DNA from: Cyanidioschyzon merolae
Lineage: Eukaryota
Reading direction: 5' to 3' (one strand)
Length of the DNA stretch: 64,000 nucleotides
Assembly (NCBI GenBank): GCA_000091205.1
Contig: AP006483.2
This document shows positions 54,144 to 64,000 of the stretch, piece after piece. Position 1 is the first letter of the stretch. Each line of letters begins with the position of its first letter. The position numbers and the translations under genes were made by a program. A model generated the notes under the pieces. The model was not told the DNA's origin, ran no database searches, and saw only the letters and a list, made by a program, of their open reading frames with translations.

Positions 54144-54394
54144 CCTGACCCCAGTGAATAGTCTCTGGTTTGTCCCCAGGGAAAGCAGAGCGTGCCGGAA
54201 GCGTTCCCAAGAAGTAACGGCACCTGCGCACCGCTACACTGTCTGTCTGTCTGCAGTAGCGACGCCCTGAGCGCCTGCCGTGGACGCCCGGCACACGACA
54301 GCCGGAACGAGTACGCCGCTCACAGGGCGAGTCCACGCCTTGTGCGTAAATGTTTGGTTACATCTAGATCCACTGCGAGGAAGCGTTTCCAATC

Positions 54395-56518
54395 ATGGGA
54401 AGAAAACGTGTGAAGCGTTCACAGCTTTCTGGCGGTCATGGCGCTGGGTCCGACGATGCGCTGGTACAGCGTCAGCTCCGGGTCGAGGGCACTGCCGGTG
54501 TTCTCAAGTTCCAGAGCAGCGATGCACAGTACGCGCTGGCCTCCTGGTGGCTTACACAGTGGAAACAGGTCACGCGTAGCAAGCTGGACGCAAAAGGAGG
54601 TAACGCGCGAGACTCGATTCTAGAAAAACTGTGCAAACTGGCAAACGCGGAGCACCTGTGGGAGCAGCCACCGCTCGAGACGTCCGTCAGTGCCGCGGAC
54701 TGGGGTTCGCTCTTTTCCCAGATGAAGAACGATCCAAAATACTTTTCCTCAAGCGTGTATACGGCGCTAAGTATGTGGATGCAGCGAGCAATGACGCGAA
54801 CAAAGGCGGCCGATTCGAGCGAGCTTGCGACGCTCGTCGAGACACTGACTTGTTGGGCGACCTGCGACGCACGCGCTCTGGTTCCTCTGCTTGCGTACTT
54901 TGCAGGCACCGCAGTGGATGCTACTGACGACCGGCTCCAGCATGAGCTACGTGAACGCAGTTGGTCGATCCTAACAGCGGACACGTCGAGCATGGCCGAG
55001 CGACTCCTTGCCACCGAGGCCCTGAGCATGCTCGCCATCGCGGATCCCAGTGCCTTGTTGTACAGGGCGTTGGATGCTCTTCATGAACTGGAGGAGCGTG
55101 CCCTGAGTCGGTGCTCTGAAACCCCCGAAGCGCCCAGACATGACACAGATGATGCCGAGGCGGCGTTCACAGTCGCGATCATGCTCAGGGACAGGCATCG
55201 CGCCCTGAGCAGGTTGGTCGCCCAGCTGCTTCGGCACTGGCATCGACTATCCGAGGCACCGTTGCACCTGCCCGCACGGCACCTGTCCTTCAGGGCTATC
55301 AGCGAGGATAGCATCAACGTTTACAATGACGTCAATGGTGCGCTGCCGCTGCCACTGGAGCTATGGCTGCATGTACGCCCAGCATGGCATCAGGATATCC
55401 TCCTGATCTGGGAGGCATCCTTGGAAAGGTTCGGCGTTGCAACGCTTCCCGTGGTAACCAAGTGGCTCACCGACGCGGTGCGCTGTTGCCCAGGGAGCTC
55501 CGCATTGCACCGCCTGCTTTACCAGGCGTGTTGCCGAGTCGGGATCGCTGCAGCACCGTCTGTGGAACGCTACTTGGTGACGTATGTGGCAAAGCGTCTT
55601 ACGAATCTGAATGAGAGCGCAAGCTCCCAGACGAGCTGGTGCAAGCTCATCATCGCCGTTTATCGATCCCCAGCAGCGTGTGCGATGCTATCGTCGGGTA
55701 TCACGCAGGCGTTGGCAGAGGCGCTTCGCGTTCTCCTTTCCCAGAATGACGTCGCTTTTAGGGAGCAGAAGACCTGGGCGGCACGAGCACTTGTCGTGAT
55801 GGCGGGTACAGCGCGGGATGCACACGCGCTGGAATGGGTTGCCCGCCGCATCCAGCGCGATAGAGCGTTGCGGCACGAGGCAGGGGCGCTTTTCGAGGCG
55901 CTCTCGCATCCACGCGGCTTTCCGCTCGAGTCGTTTGCAACACAGTCGATTTTACTCGATGCAAAGCACCAGAACGGGGAGCAAGAGGCTAAGCGGAGAC
56001 CCGCTCACGGGCTGCGTTCCACTCCGGCGCTGCCTGCAAGTCGCGGCGGGGCGCATACCGACGAGCCGGACTGGCGTTTGCAGGTCCCGGGCCAGTCGGA
56101 CTCGGTGCGTACCCGGCCAACCGCGGATGCCGCTCTAGCGTCAGACCAGAGCAGCGACCTGAAGGCGGCGGCATTGCTCGATGCGACTCCGTCGTCCGCA
56201 CAAGGCGAGAATCCTCTGCACCCGGAGACGCTTTTCGCGAGCGTGCGCCAGCCGACCCGAACAGAGGTACCAGCGGTGCAGGTATCATGTGCGGTAGACG
56301 AGAATTTGTATGATCAGGGGAGCATGGCGTTGTGCGGCAGCGAGCCGCTGAGGTCAACGTCGGATACACTGGAGGACCACGATGGTGCGAGCGACAGCGC
56401 TTCGGCGTCGTCGATCGAAGCGCTCGTTCAGCGGGTTGTGGATGCAAGCCCGTCACCCAGCCCTAGCTCAGAGCAATGGAGCAGTGACGACGATTCCGAG
56501 GCATCCTCCTGTTCCTGA
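54395..56518 (+). CDS. Hypothetical protein. It is 707 aa and predicted to be largely alpha-helical, with an acidic Ser/Asp-rich C-terminus.
   Basis: The ORF is long and uninterrupted, with a basic N-terminus (MGRKRVKRSQL, NLS-like) and the coding composition of neighbouring genes. I recognise no motif. Confidence 0.5.
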   Translation: MGRKRVKRSQLSGGHGAGSDDALVQRQLRVEGTAGVLKFQSSDAQYALASWWLTQWKQVTRSKLDAKGGNARDSILEKLCKLANAEHLWEQPPLETSVSAADWGSLFSQMKNDPKYFSSSVYTALSMWMQRAMTRTKAADSSELATLVETLTCWATCDARALVPLLAYFAGTAVDATDDRLQHELRERSWSILTADTSSMAERLLATEALSMLAIADPSALLYRALDALHELEERALSRCSETPEAPRHDTDDAEAAFTVAIMLRDRHRALSRLVAQLLRHWHRLSEAPLHLPARHLSFRAISEDSINVYNDVNGALPLPLELWLHVRPAWHQDILLIWEASLERFGVATLPVVTKWLTDAVRCCPGSSALHRLLYQACCRVGIAAAPSVERYLVTYVAKRLTNLNESASSQTSWCKLIIAVYRSPAACAMLSSGITQALAEALRVLLSQNDVAFREQKTWAARALVVMAGTARDAHALEWVARRIQRDRALRHEAGALFEALSHPRGFPLESFATQSILLDAKHQNGEQEAKRRPAHGLRSTPALPASRGGAHTDEPDWRLQVPGQSDSVRTRPTADAALASDQSSDLKAAALLDATPSSAQGENPLHPETLFASVRQPTRTEVPAVQVSCAVDENLYDQGSMALCGSEPLRSTSDTLEDHDGASDSASASSIEALVQRVVDASPSPSPSSEQWSSDDDSEASSCS

Positions 56519-59500
56519 GGAGGAGCCTGCAACACTACATCCATGAACCGGATCGACAACGCCGTGTGTTTATCAGCAGCACTGCATGCAGCAAGCGGAT
56601 GTGTGCTCCGCATTCAAGGTGCTGCGAGGACGCTTGTTTTCTCACGGAAATGCCGGACGCTCCATGCGTATGGACCCTGATATCGACGCACTTGATCTGT
56701 GGTTAGATGTATCCAGAACTAAGCGTCTCCGGATGTTGCTTCATGTCGCACAGGCAATTGTCCGTTGGTGCATCCAGTCCGGAATCCGTTGATCCCTGTC
56801 GCTGATATGAGAAGAGGCATCGCGGATGTGTTTCGGAATCCGGTACGGTCGTCTGGAATCATCATCAGCTGCAACAGATAGACCCAGAGGTGCATCGTGC
56901 AGGACGGTACCTGGATCGCTTCCAGAGCCTACGACACGCCGTCGACGCGAACTCGTTGCGCTGATATCCGCAAGCGTTTCGAGACCGTTCTCGATGACCT
57001 CAAGTGCGATGGTGACGACGACAGCTCGTACACCCCCCGAAGGAACACCATCCAACGCGCACAAGCTCGACACTGACCGTGATCACTGTGCACCGAGACC
57101 ATATTCAGACACAAGCTCGGCGCGTATCGTATCGACTGCATTGATATGAACCGGACCATGCATCATCGTCGTGATTCGCATCGTGAGGCAGAGGTCCGCT
57201 CCTGAGCGTCCCATCGTCCAGAAGATGGTGCACTAGGCGCTCGACGATGACGCAGGAGTCGCGCATCCGCAGCGGCGACTCCCTGGTCCTCGCTGCATCT
57301 TCATCGTATGTGTGTGTTTGTGTTTGCGTGAGCAGCACAGCTGATGCCAGCGGTGTTCTGTGCGTCCGACGCACTGCCCAGCATCCGACACGTTACGAGA
57401 AGTGGGTACGCTCATCGTGTCATGTCGCCAGTAGGTGTGCCGTTGCTTGGACTCTTTCTCAGACGCCTGGGGAAATGTTTCGTTCATCGTGAAAACGGGA
57501 CAAGATATGGCACTGCTTCGCATGCAGCCAAGGCAGCCGCGGATATGGCCGCAGCAATGCATGAGTCGCTCGTGCCTGTCGGTTGCTTCCGCACAGCGAC
57601 TCGCGAGGTGCTGCTACCACAATGACGTTGACGCTGATGATGACTCGAAGAAAGGCACATGGGAACGATCCCTCGGGCGTTGATCTCATTTCGGTCTGGA
57701 CACGTTCGGGGTGCTCGGAGGATCGTTCGGAAGTGACGCTTTCTGTGGGATACGCGGACGCCAGCGACAACGGCAGCAAGAGTCGCACGCTGGAGGCGGC
57801 CGCCTCTTGATGATAGCATCCCCTGTGCCGTGTCCTTCTAGGAAAACGAAACGCACATGCGATATCACGACCCCGTTACACTCATTGGAAACTCTAGTGG
57901 AACGGATGCACAAATCTCGGTCGTGGACACCAAAGTCTTCTTTTCATTCCATTGTCGTCAAAACGGACGTTTGTAGGCTCTTTCTGTGACATGGTTCGCT
58001 TCCCCTCATGTATCGAAGGCTTTCATCACATATCGATCCCGCATTTGCGTCAAGCGCCGGTGTCAGTAGTCGAAGCAAGTTCACGGCAGCGTCCGAGTCT
58101 CGATGACGCTGCTTTCAGTTGGAGCCGACGCCTTTCATGCACAGGCGGTCGTTACGACCTACGCTTCTCTCGCGCTTCTCATCTTCTTTGCTTGGAGCCT
58201 CTTTGCGCCCGTTGGAGCGTCGATACTCGACAGTGATCAAATGTTTCTGGTTTCCACCAGATAACCTCCAGCGGGTGTCGTGCTGCGGTGCATGAACGCT
58301 TGCGTCAGTGCTCGGCATACGCCTTTGACTGGTACCGGTGGCTACCCTGGTTGTCCTTTTCCGGTCCCGCGTCCGATGGTCTGCCGTACGATTACGGGCT
58401 TCTCCTGGTCGATGCGCTTGTCGCGTACGCTCTCTGCTGTACGAGCAGCTGCAAGATATTCCATCCAATTCGGAATTAGTGGAACGCAGTGTTATCCATG
58501 GTCGAGTGAGCACCGAAATGAAAATCCAGCAAGGAGAACAAGTCGAGAAATATCGATCCTCGTACGCGCCCTTGTTGCAAAGCAGTGACAGACACTCCAC
58601 TAGACGCGATTCCTGCAAGTTCGCAAGTTCGAGTCCAAGATTCTTCTCCCATTCAAGTTCATGGAACGGAATCCTCTGGGAGCATATCTCGTGAGAGGTA
58701 TGATACTGGCGTGGAATCGCACTTCGACGATTGCGAAAAACGCGAGCAGGATATGTACCCCAAACAGCATTGATGTTTGTTCCATGTGTCCAATGAAGCG
58801 ATCATTCGGCAGCTGCTCTTGAAAACGTCGTCGATGGACGACGTTGCGAATTTTCCATCTTTAATCCAGGAACGTGAACCAGTAAGCCCAAGCGTTTCTT
58901 GGAAACGCCAGTATCGAAAGTTTTGAAGCAGGCACAACACAGGCATGCCGCACGTCAACGACGGAGACCATTGGCGGCTTATGTGTCATATTTTAGACAA
59001 CCATATGCGTTCTTTTACGGACTCCTGATGGAAAACGTCACGAAACATCTTGGTTCCGGTGACGTCAAGAACACCAGCAGCAAAGCGTCGAAGGTGCCAC
59101 TCCAGAAAAACAAAGCCACCGAGAATCCAAAACCAACATACGCATCCGAAAGCCCTCTGTTGCGGTACTTCAGTTCACGGCGCTGTTCATCTAAGGAGCT
59201 GTGCGGAAACGCAATGGAATAACAGGAAAAGAGCGCGCAGTTCAGTGCTCCACTTTAAACTGAAAAGTTTTCAAGCACGTTACCTGCCCGACATACATAC
59301 ACACATACATAAACATACAGCTTCGTCTCTGAAGCGTCTTGATAGCCACGACGACAGCGTCTCCTCGAAGTGCGGCATGCAACCCGGATGTATCGCCTCG
59401 CAGGGCGTCTGAGTGATCCAACGACAAAGCGATGCCGAATGGCTTCACGAGACGCTGGCTCGTACAGTGTTCAATAGCTTCTCGAACAGGTGCACTGAAC

Positions 59501-59787
59501 GCTGCCCTGGCTGTTGACAACACTTGAACGCATCCGAAGGCGTCTGGTGAAGTGCACTGAGCGGAACCGGTACGGAACGCTCCGCAGGGGCCCTGACCTG
59601 AGCCCTGCCCTCGAGTTACCTGTTCTTGTGAGGAGCACCCAAGGACGCGAACGTCTGCCTCGAAGCTACCGAGGCGCTGTACTCTGGAACGTACGCTAGA
59701 AGGAGCCGGGACACCAGATTCACAAGTTTTTGGTTCGGTTTCCCAGGACGGTACACCGCTACGACTAGCCGGCTCTCTGGCTGTGCT

Positions 59788-61135
59788 GTGATGCTGGGGT
59801 TTTGCGCCGGTTGGGCACGTCCCCGAAGCACACATCGACGACGCTCTTTACCTTCGGACGCATGGGCGCTGACCCCTGACCCGTTGGCTCGACAACAGCA
59901 ACGCACTTCATATGCGGAAAGGAGCGCCGCCAAGCGTGGATGCACCCGGTGGTTGCGAGCGGCGCAAGCTGGGGATCCTGCAGCCTGCCCGGCGACGTCG
60001 ACCTCGTTGCAGGCAAGTACGAAGCTGATCCACACCGCTGGGGTAGAGCGAGTGTACCTCGTCCGCTGCAGCCGCGTTTGGGTCCCGCCAGCGTGCCGGA
60101 CGCGTGCTGCTGGGCTGCATCTTGCTATGCAGCCGGTGGCAGCGTCGCCTCCCTCTGGACAAGTAACAGGGGTGACTCGCTGGGAGCCGAACGTGCTCCT
60201 CTCAGCGGTCTTCCTGGGAGCACTCGTCATGAATATGGGTCTTTGGGTATGGAAGAGGCTTTCTTTGAGGCCTACCCGCACTGATGACGTCGTATCTGGC
60301 CAGGATACTGAACCGGCATTGGATCCCGACTACGCAGACCAGCAGCGTGCAGGTACGCGGCCAGCAGGCCTCAAGACCAGAGTCCGACAACCAGCTGAAC
60401 TGGACCAGGTCTCTGGGCCAGCGGCAAGTACAGACACGCCCAGTGCAGACGACAGCGAGCGTGTCGGGCTCGGTGAGACGCTGCGTCAGCTCAACAAACG
60501 TTTACGAGAGCTCGAAACGCGGCTTGCAGAGCAACAAAAGAGCAACCAAGCGCTCGAGCGCCAGAGTCGAGAGCTCGAGCAGCGGTATCGTGCAGAGAAA
60601 GCACGAAGGCAAGCTCTACGGAAAGAGCTTGCACAAATCGAAACAGCCTATCAACAATTGGAGAAAAGACATGAGGAGCAGATGGCTGCCCTGCGATCCA
60701 AAGCAGAGGCACAACTACAGGGTCTGAGGCGTACAGCCGAGAAGCGTTTGACGACGCTGCAGACGCAGCTTGAGGAGAGCATGGTGCAGGCAAAGAAATG
60801 GCAGAATCGGGCACAGGTGCTTTCGGCTCAGCTGGCATCACTTTCGGCGGATATGGAGTCGTTATCGGAACGCGAACAGGAGCTTCGGGGCCAGCATTCG
60901 GAAAAGTCACAGCGATACGCTGCGCTTCTGCGTGCATGGAAGCAGCTGCGTACAGACTACGAGGAGCTTCAGTCCAAACTGGACGCACGAACAGGGATGC
61001 TAGACGCCGAGTCCGAGGAGCGCGCCCGACTCGAACGACAGAATGCGCAGCTTCGCCAGCAGATCCAGGCGTGGATAGAGCATCACCGGGCATCCATTCC
61101 GTTCCCGGATGGTGCACCGAATGACGCTGGATCAT

Positions 61136-61179
<44 letters not shown>

Positions 61180-61629
61180 CCTGCGACAAGTGCTACGAAA
61201 CCGGAGAAGGGGCCCTCGGAGTCGGTAGCGTCCGAGACGCCACCTGCCAGCCCCGATGCGTCGTCGAGGATCCCGAGGCATCCGGGATTCTCTGGGCCTG
61301 CAACGAGCCGCAAAAGGCGAATCCGCGTCGATGCAGTCGATCACGTGCTCGAAGTGGGTTTCTTTCGGCAGGAGTTTAACGCTCCTGATACGACATCGTC
61401 AGCCGTCCATCCAGACAAGGCGCATTCGAATGAAGGCGTATCTGAGACCACACCACAAACGATGGCAACGAGGCCCGCCGAGCCCCATCCACCTACCAGT
61501 TCGATGCGAGCAAGTGTTTCCGTCAGCGCAGCAGCAGAAGAAGCAGCAGAAGAGACACGGGATGCGCGACCGCTCGAGGATACGGCTAGCGAGCAAGCGA
61601 GTGGCGTCGAGAAGCAGGCCGCCGATTGA
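59788..61629 (+). CDS. Coiled-coil protein with one predicted N-terminal transmembrane segment and a poly-Ala tract
   Basis: A ~330-aa heptad-rich segment (LRELETRLAEQQKSNQALERQSRELEQRYRAEKARRQALRKELAQIETAYQQLEKRHEE...) has coiled-coil character. The TM-like stretch is VLLSAVFLGALVMNMGLWVW. A (GCA)14 microsatellite encodes A14. The true start is probably an internal Met near 60130. Confidence 0.55.
61135..61177 (+). repeat. (CAG/GCA)14 microsatellite encoding poly-Ala inside the coiled-coil protein
   Basis: This is direct sequence: cagcagcagcagcagcagcagcagcagcagcagcagcagcagcc. Confidence 0.9.
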
Positions 61630-62036
61630 ATGGACCCTGACGACCTGTGATGCCGGGCAATGGCACCATCACCGATTTGCTGGATGAAGCGTACTACGAG
61701 CGGCAACAGATCACGCGCTTGCTCACAACCCCGTTAAACAGCGTACCTGGAGACCGCAACGATGGTGCCGAGAGCGTCACCAAAGTGGCTTGGTGCAACC
61801 GCCGGTCCATCTGGGCCACATGCCTAGAACCCGAGCATTGCAACACTGGCCTGGCGCTTGCAACAGACGGACACTCAGGCAAGGAGGCGGGTTCACGGCA
61901 CTAGAGAAAAACCGGGAGCAGACATGACGCTCTCGGACGATCGATGTGATTCACGAGCGAATTGATTCGCAGTTGCGTCGTGCCTGGGATACGCAAAAGG
62001 CGGCGGACACAACAATGTACAGGTGCTCAATACTGC

Positions 62037-63569
62037 TTATCCCATTTGATCGAGAGCGAGCGCTTCGATCAAATGCGACTGTCCCCGGCTACTGGCATCC
62101 AAATGGCTGCTATCCGGCATCAACGTTCGCCATGCGCGGGTCCGTAATACGTGTCGGCGGCTGGGCGTTGCTTTCGCGGATCGTCGTGGTGTCAGGTCGT
62201 CACGCTCGCGCTCTTCCATGTCGCGCGTTCGTGATCTGGGCAGTCGTAACAATCGACGCAGGGATGTCGAGTCAACAAGATCCACAAAAACGTCTGCACA
62301 TCGATTTCCAAATACCAGACCGTCTAGAATGTAGTCCCATTCGGTAGGGCGGAGCGCGCGCTGAAGTGCCCCCTGCATCTGCGACCATTGCAATGCATTA
62401 TCGAGCAATATGGTATTCGGGACGCTGTGTCCTACCAGGTCTGCGGGTTGCAAAGCTCGTTGCGGAGCCTCATGCCCAGGTTCGCTATCGACAGGTGTGC
62501 TCGTTGCCGCGAACCACAGCGCGTCGGAAGCATCGTTTGCACAAACCGATCCTGGTTGCAGCTGGATATCTGTGGAGGTTGCTGGATATGCTTCTTCTTC
62601 TTCTTCTGCTCCTTCTTCTTCAGCCGCTGCTGCTGGAATTGTTGTTGTTGTTGTTATTGTTCGCGGTGGTAGTGGTGTTCGTTCCAGCGCAGCCTGCGCA
62701 TCCTGTTGCCCTCGAGAGCGCCCTGGCTGGTCAAACGGAGCTGATGCTGATGATGTGGCGATCAGGGCTGCTGCCCCTGGGCCCGGGACTGTACTGCTAG
62801 CAGAAGCACCAGGCATTCTGGGTTCGGTCGCAGTCGCGCTAGAGGAGGGCGATCCTTCGACAACAGCAGTCGTGGCGGCAGCAGCAGTCGTCGCACAAGT
62901 GATCATGCTGCTGGCATTCCACGACGACGTGTCCCCGGGTGTCGGTACACGGGACGGTCCTGGACCGGGCCGCGAACTCGCCACGCGAGCAGTGCCGTTC
63001 ATCGATGCTGCGTCTATGTACCGTAGACGTAAATAGGGATGTCGGGTGATACGTCGACCGCCCCAAAGCCAGTACGGCAGCTCTGAGGGCAGGGTGATCT
63101 CGGCTTTAAAGCTCTCGACGTACTGGGACTCACTGAGCCGGATCTCGCTGCCCTTCACGTATCGACAAAACTCTGAAAATATGACAGAGAGGTTCCAGTT
63201 CTGTAGTCTTCGCAAACACATAATAACGAGACCGGTATTATGCCCTCCGTCACGACAATGGATAAAAAGCGGTTGGTTTCTCTGATCCAGCAGACAGAAG
63301 AGAATCGACGCTATCGTGCTTGGCGCAAGCGTTGGCACATCCTCGAACTTGTCCGCGTGCCAGTGCCACAGGCGAATTTTTTCGTTTTGGCAAAACTCGC
63401 GCAGGTCTTTCGTCGGTGCGTCGGCTGAGAGCGTTACGATCGACCGAAGTTGCAGACGGCGCAAGAAACGCCAGTTCTTCAGCGTGGGGTACGCGCCACG
63501 GTAGAGGCCGTCCTCCACGCACCCGAACCGGAACGGTGTGACCAGGGCGGGAAGCTCCCACTCCTGCAT
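62037..63569 (-). CDS. Atypical dual-specificity / tyrosine phosphatase of the PFA-DSP (Siw14/Oca-like, Y_phosphatase2) type, with a long low-complexity C-terminal half
   Basis: The N-terminal domain is LVTPFRFGCVEDGLYRGAYPTLKNWRFLRRLQLRSIVTL...LFIHCRDGGHNTGLVIMCLRRLQNWNL. It carries the HCxxGxxxTG P-loop and the conserved Y_phosphatase2 layout. The C-terminal ~250 aa are Thr/Ala/Glu-rich and are encoded by CTT/GTT/GCT repeats at 62585-62660. Confidence 0.82.
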   Translation of the reverse strand: MQEWELPALVTPFRFGCVEDGLYRGAYPTLKNWRFLRRLQLRSIVTLSADAPTKDLREFCQNEKIRLWHWHADKFEDVPTLAPSTIASILFCLLDQRNQPLFIHCRDGGHNTGLVIMCLRRLQNWNLSVIFSEFCRYVKGSEIRLSESQYVESFKAEITLPSELPYWLWGGRRITRHPYLRLRYIDAASMNGTARVASSRPGPGPSRVPTPGDTSSWNASSMITCATTAAAATTAVVEGSPSSSATATEPRMPGASASSTVPGPGAAALIATSSASAPFDQPGRSRGQQDAQAALERTPLPPRTITTTTTIPAAAAEEEGAEEEEEAYPATSTDIQLQPGSVCANDASDALWFAATSTPVDSEPGHEAPQRALQPADLVGHSVPNTILLDNALQWSQMQGALQRALRPTEWDYILDGLVFGNRCADVFVDLVDSTSLRRLLRLPRSRTRDMEERERDDLTPRRSAKATPSRRHVLRTRAWRTLMPDSSHLDASSRGQSHLIEALALDQMG

Positions 63570-64000
63570 TAGTGAGGTTGTGTACGAAGCGAACCGCTGG
63601 AGTACGCAGTTACGCCCAAACTTGACCGGAGCCTCTGGCCCGCTTGCCCTGCTCTTATCCCGGTTCGCAGAAGCGTTCTCGCGTGCACAGCGTTGCCACC
63701 ACGTGGAGAATAGGAAACCGGAACGCTGAACAACTGGCTATGCGCTGCCTCGGGATTTGTTTTGCGAACTTGTTTTCCATGCAGAGTTTTGATATTCACA
63801 GTGAAGCTATAAGCGTTGACAGACTCATGCGTGGTTTGTGGATTCTCGGACGTCTTTTCGGAGTGGTTCATTCGACGGTTTGCTGTTGGAACGTGTGATG
63901 TCAACGGAATCAAGATGACTCGGTACGCTCTCGAGCACGGGTGCATGAGATAAGTGATTTGATTAAGCTGTTCATACTTGCAAGCCTCTATGATTCTCAT

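Overview
This window looks like GC-rich (~57%), intron-poor nuclear DNA from a eukaryotic protist or alga. It is clearly not prokaryotic: I see no operons, rRNA genes or CRISPR arrays, and no tRNA gene I can defend. Long uninterrupted ORFs encode recognisable eukaryotic proteins, listed here with their coordinates. They are a RecQ/BLM-like helicase, an SRF/MEF2-type MADS-box factor, deoxyhypusine synthase, a MOB1-like kinase activator, a TKL-type protein kinase, an EamA/DMT transporter, a GH31 glycosidase, an Xaa-Pro aminopeptidase (M24B), a two-domain AAA ATPase (PEX1/PEX6/AFG2-like), ribosomal protein S24, a TMEM14-family membrane protein, a PFA-DSP/Siw14-like tyrosine phosphatase, and several lineage-specific proteins with long low-complexity tracts. 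The most unusual structure is two palindromes built from one ~1.3 kb non-coding repeat family. Arms at 10288-11655 and 15004-16378 flank deoxyhypusine synthase. Arms at 35918-37224 and 43384-44698 flank the Xaa-Pro aminopeptidase. Arms within a palindrome are ~99% identical. Arms from different palindromes are only ~70% alike, yet they share conserved termini, for example the inner-end motif AACA(C)AGCGAGCAGTTCAG. That pattern suggests arm-to-arm gene conversion (concerted evolution), or a structured mobile or architectural element that has not been described. Isolated copies of the arm-terminus motif also occur in gene-poor, lower-GC blocks. Other features are a 143-bp satellite (x3), a 70-bp tandem repeat (x4), coding trinucleotide and hexanucleotide microsatellites, and an ORF that starts inside one arm and reads outward into a 522-aa protein. 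I cannot assign the taxon from sequence alone. Coordinates of repeat boundaries are accurate to about +/-5 bp.
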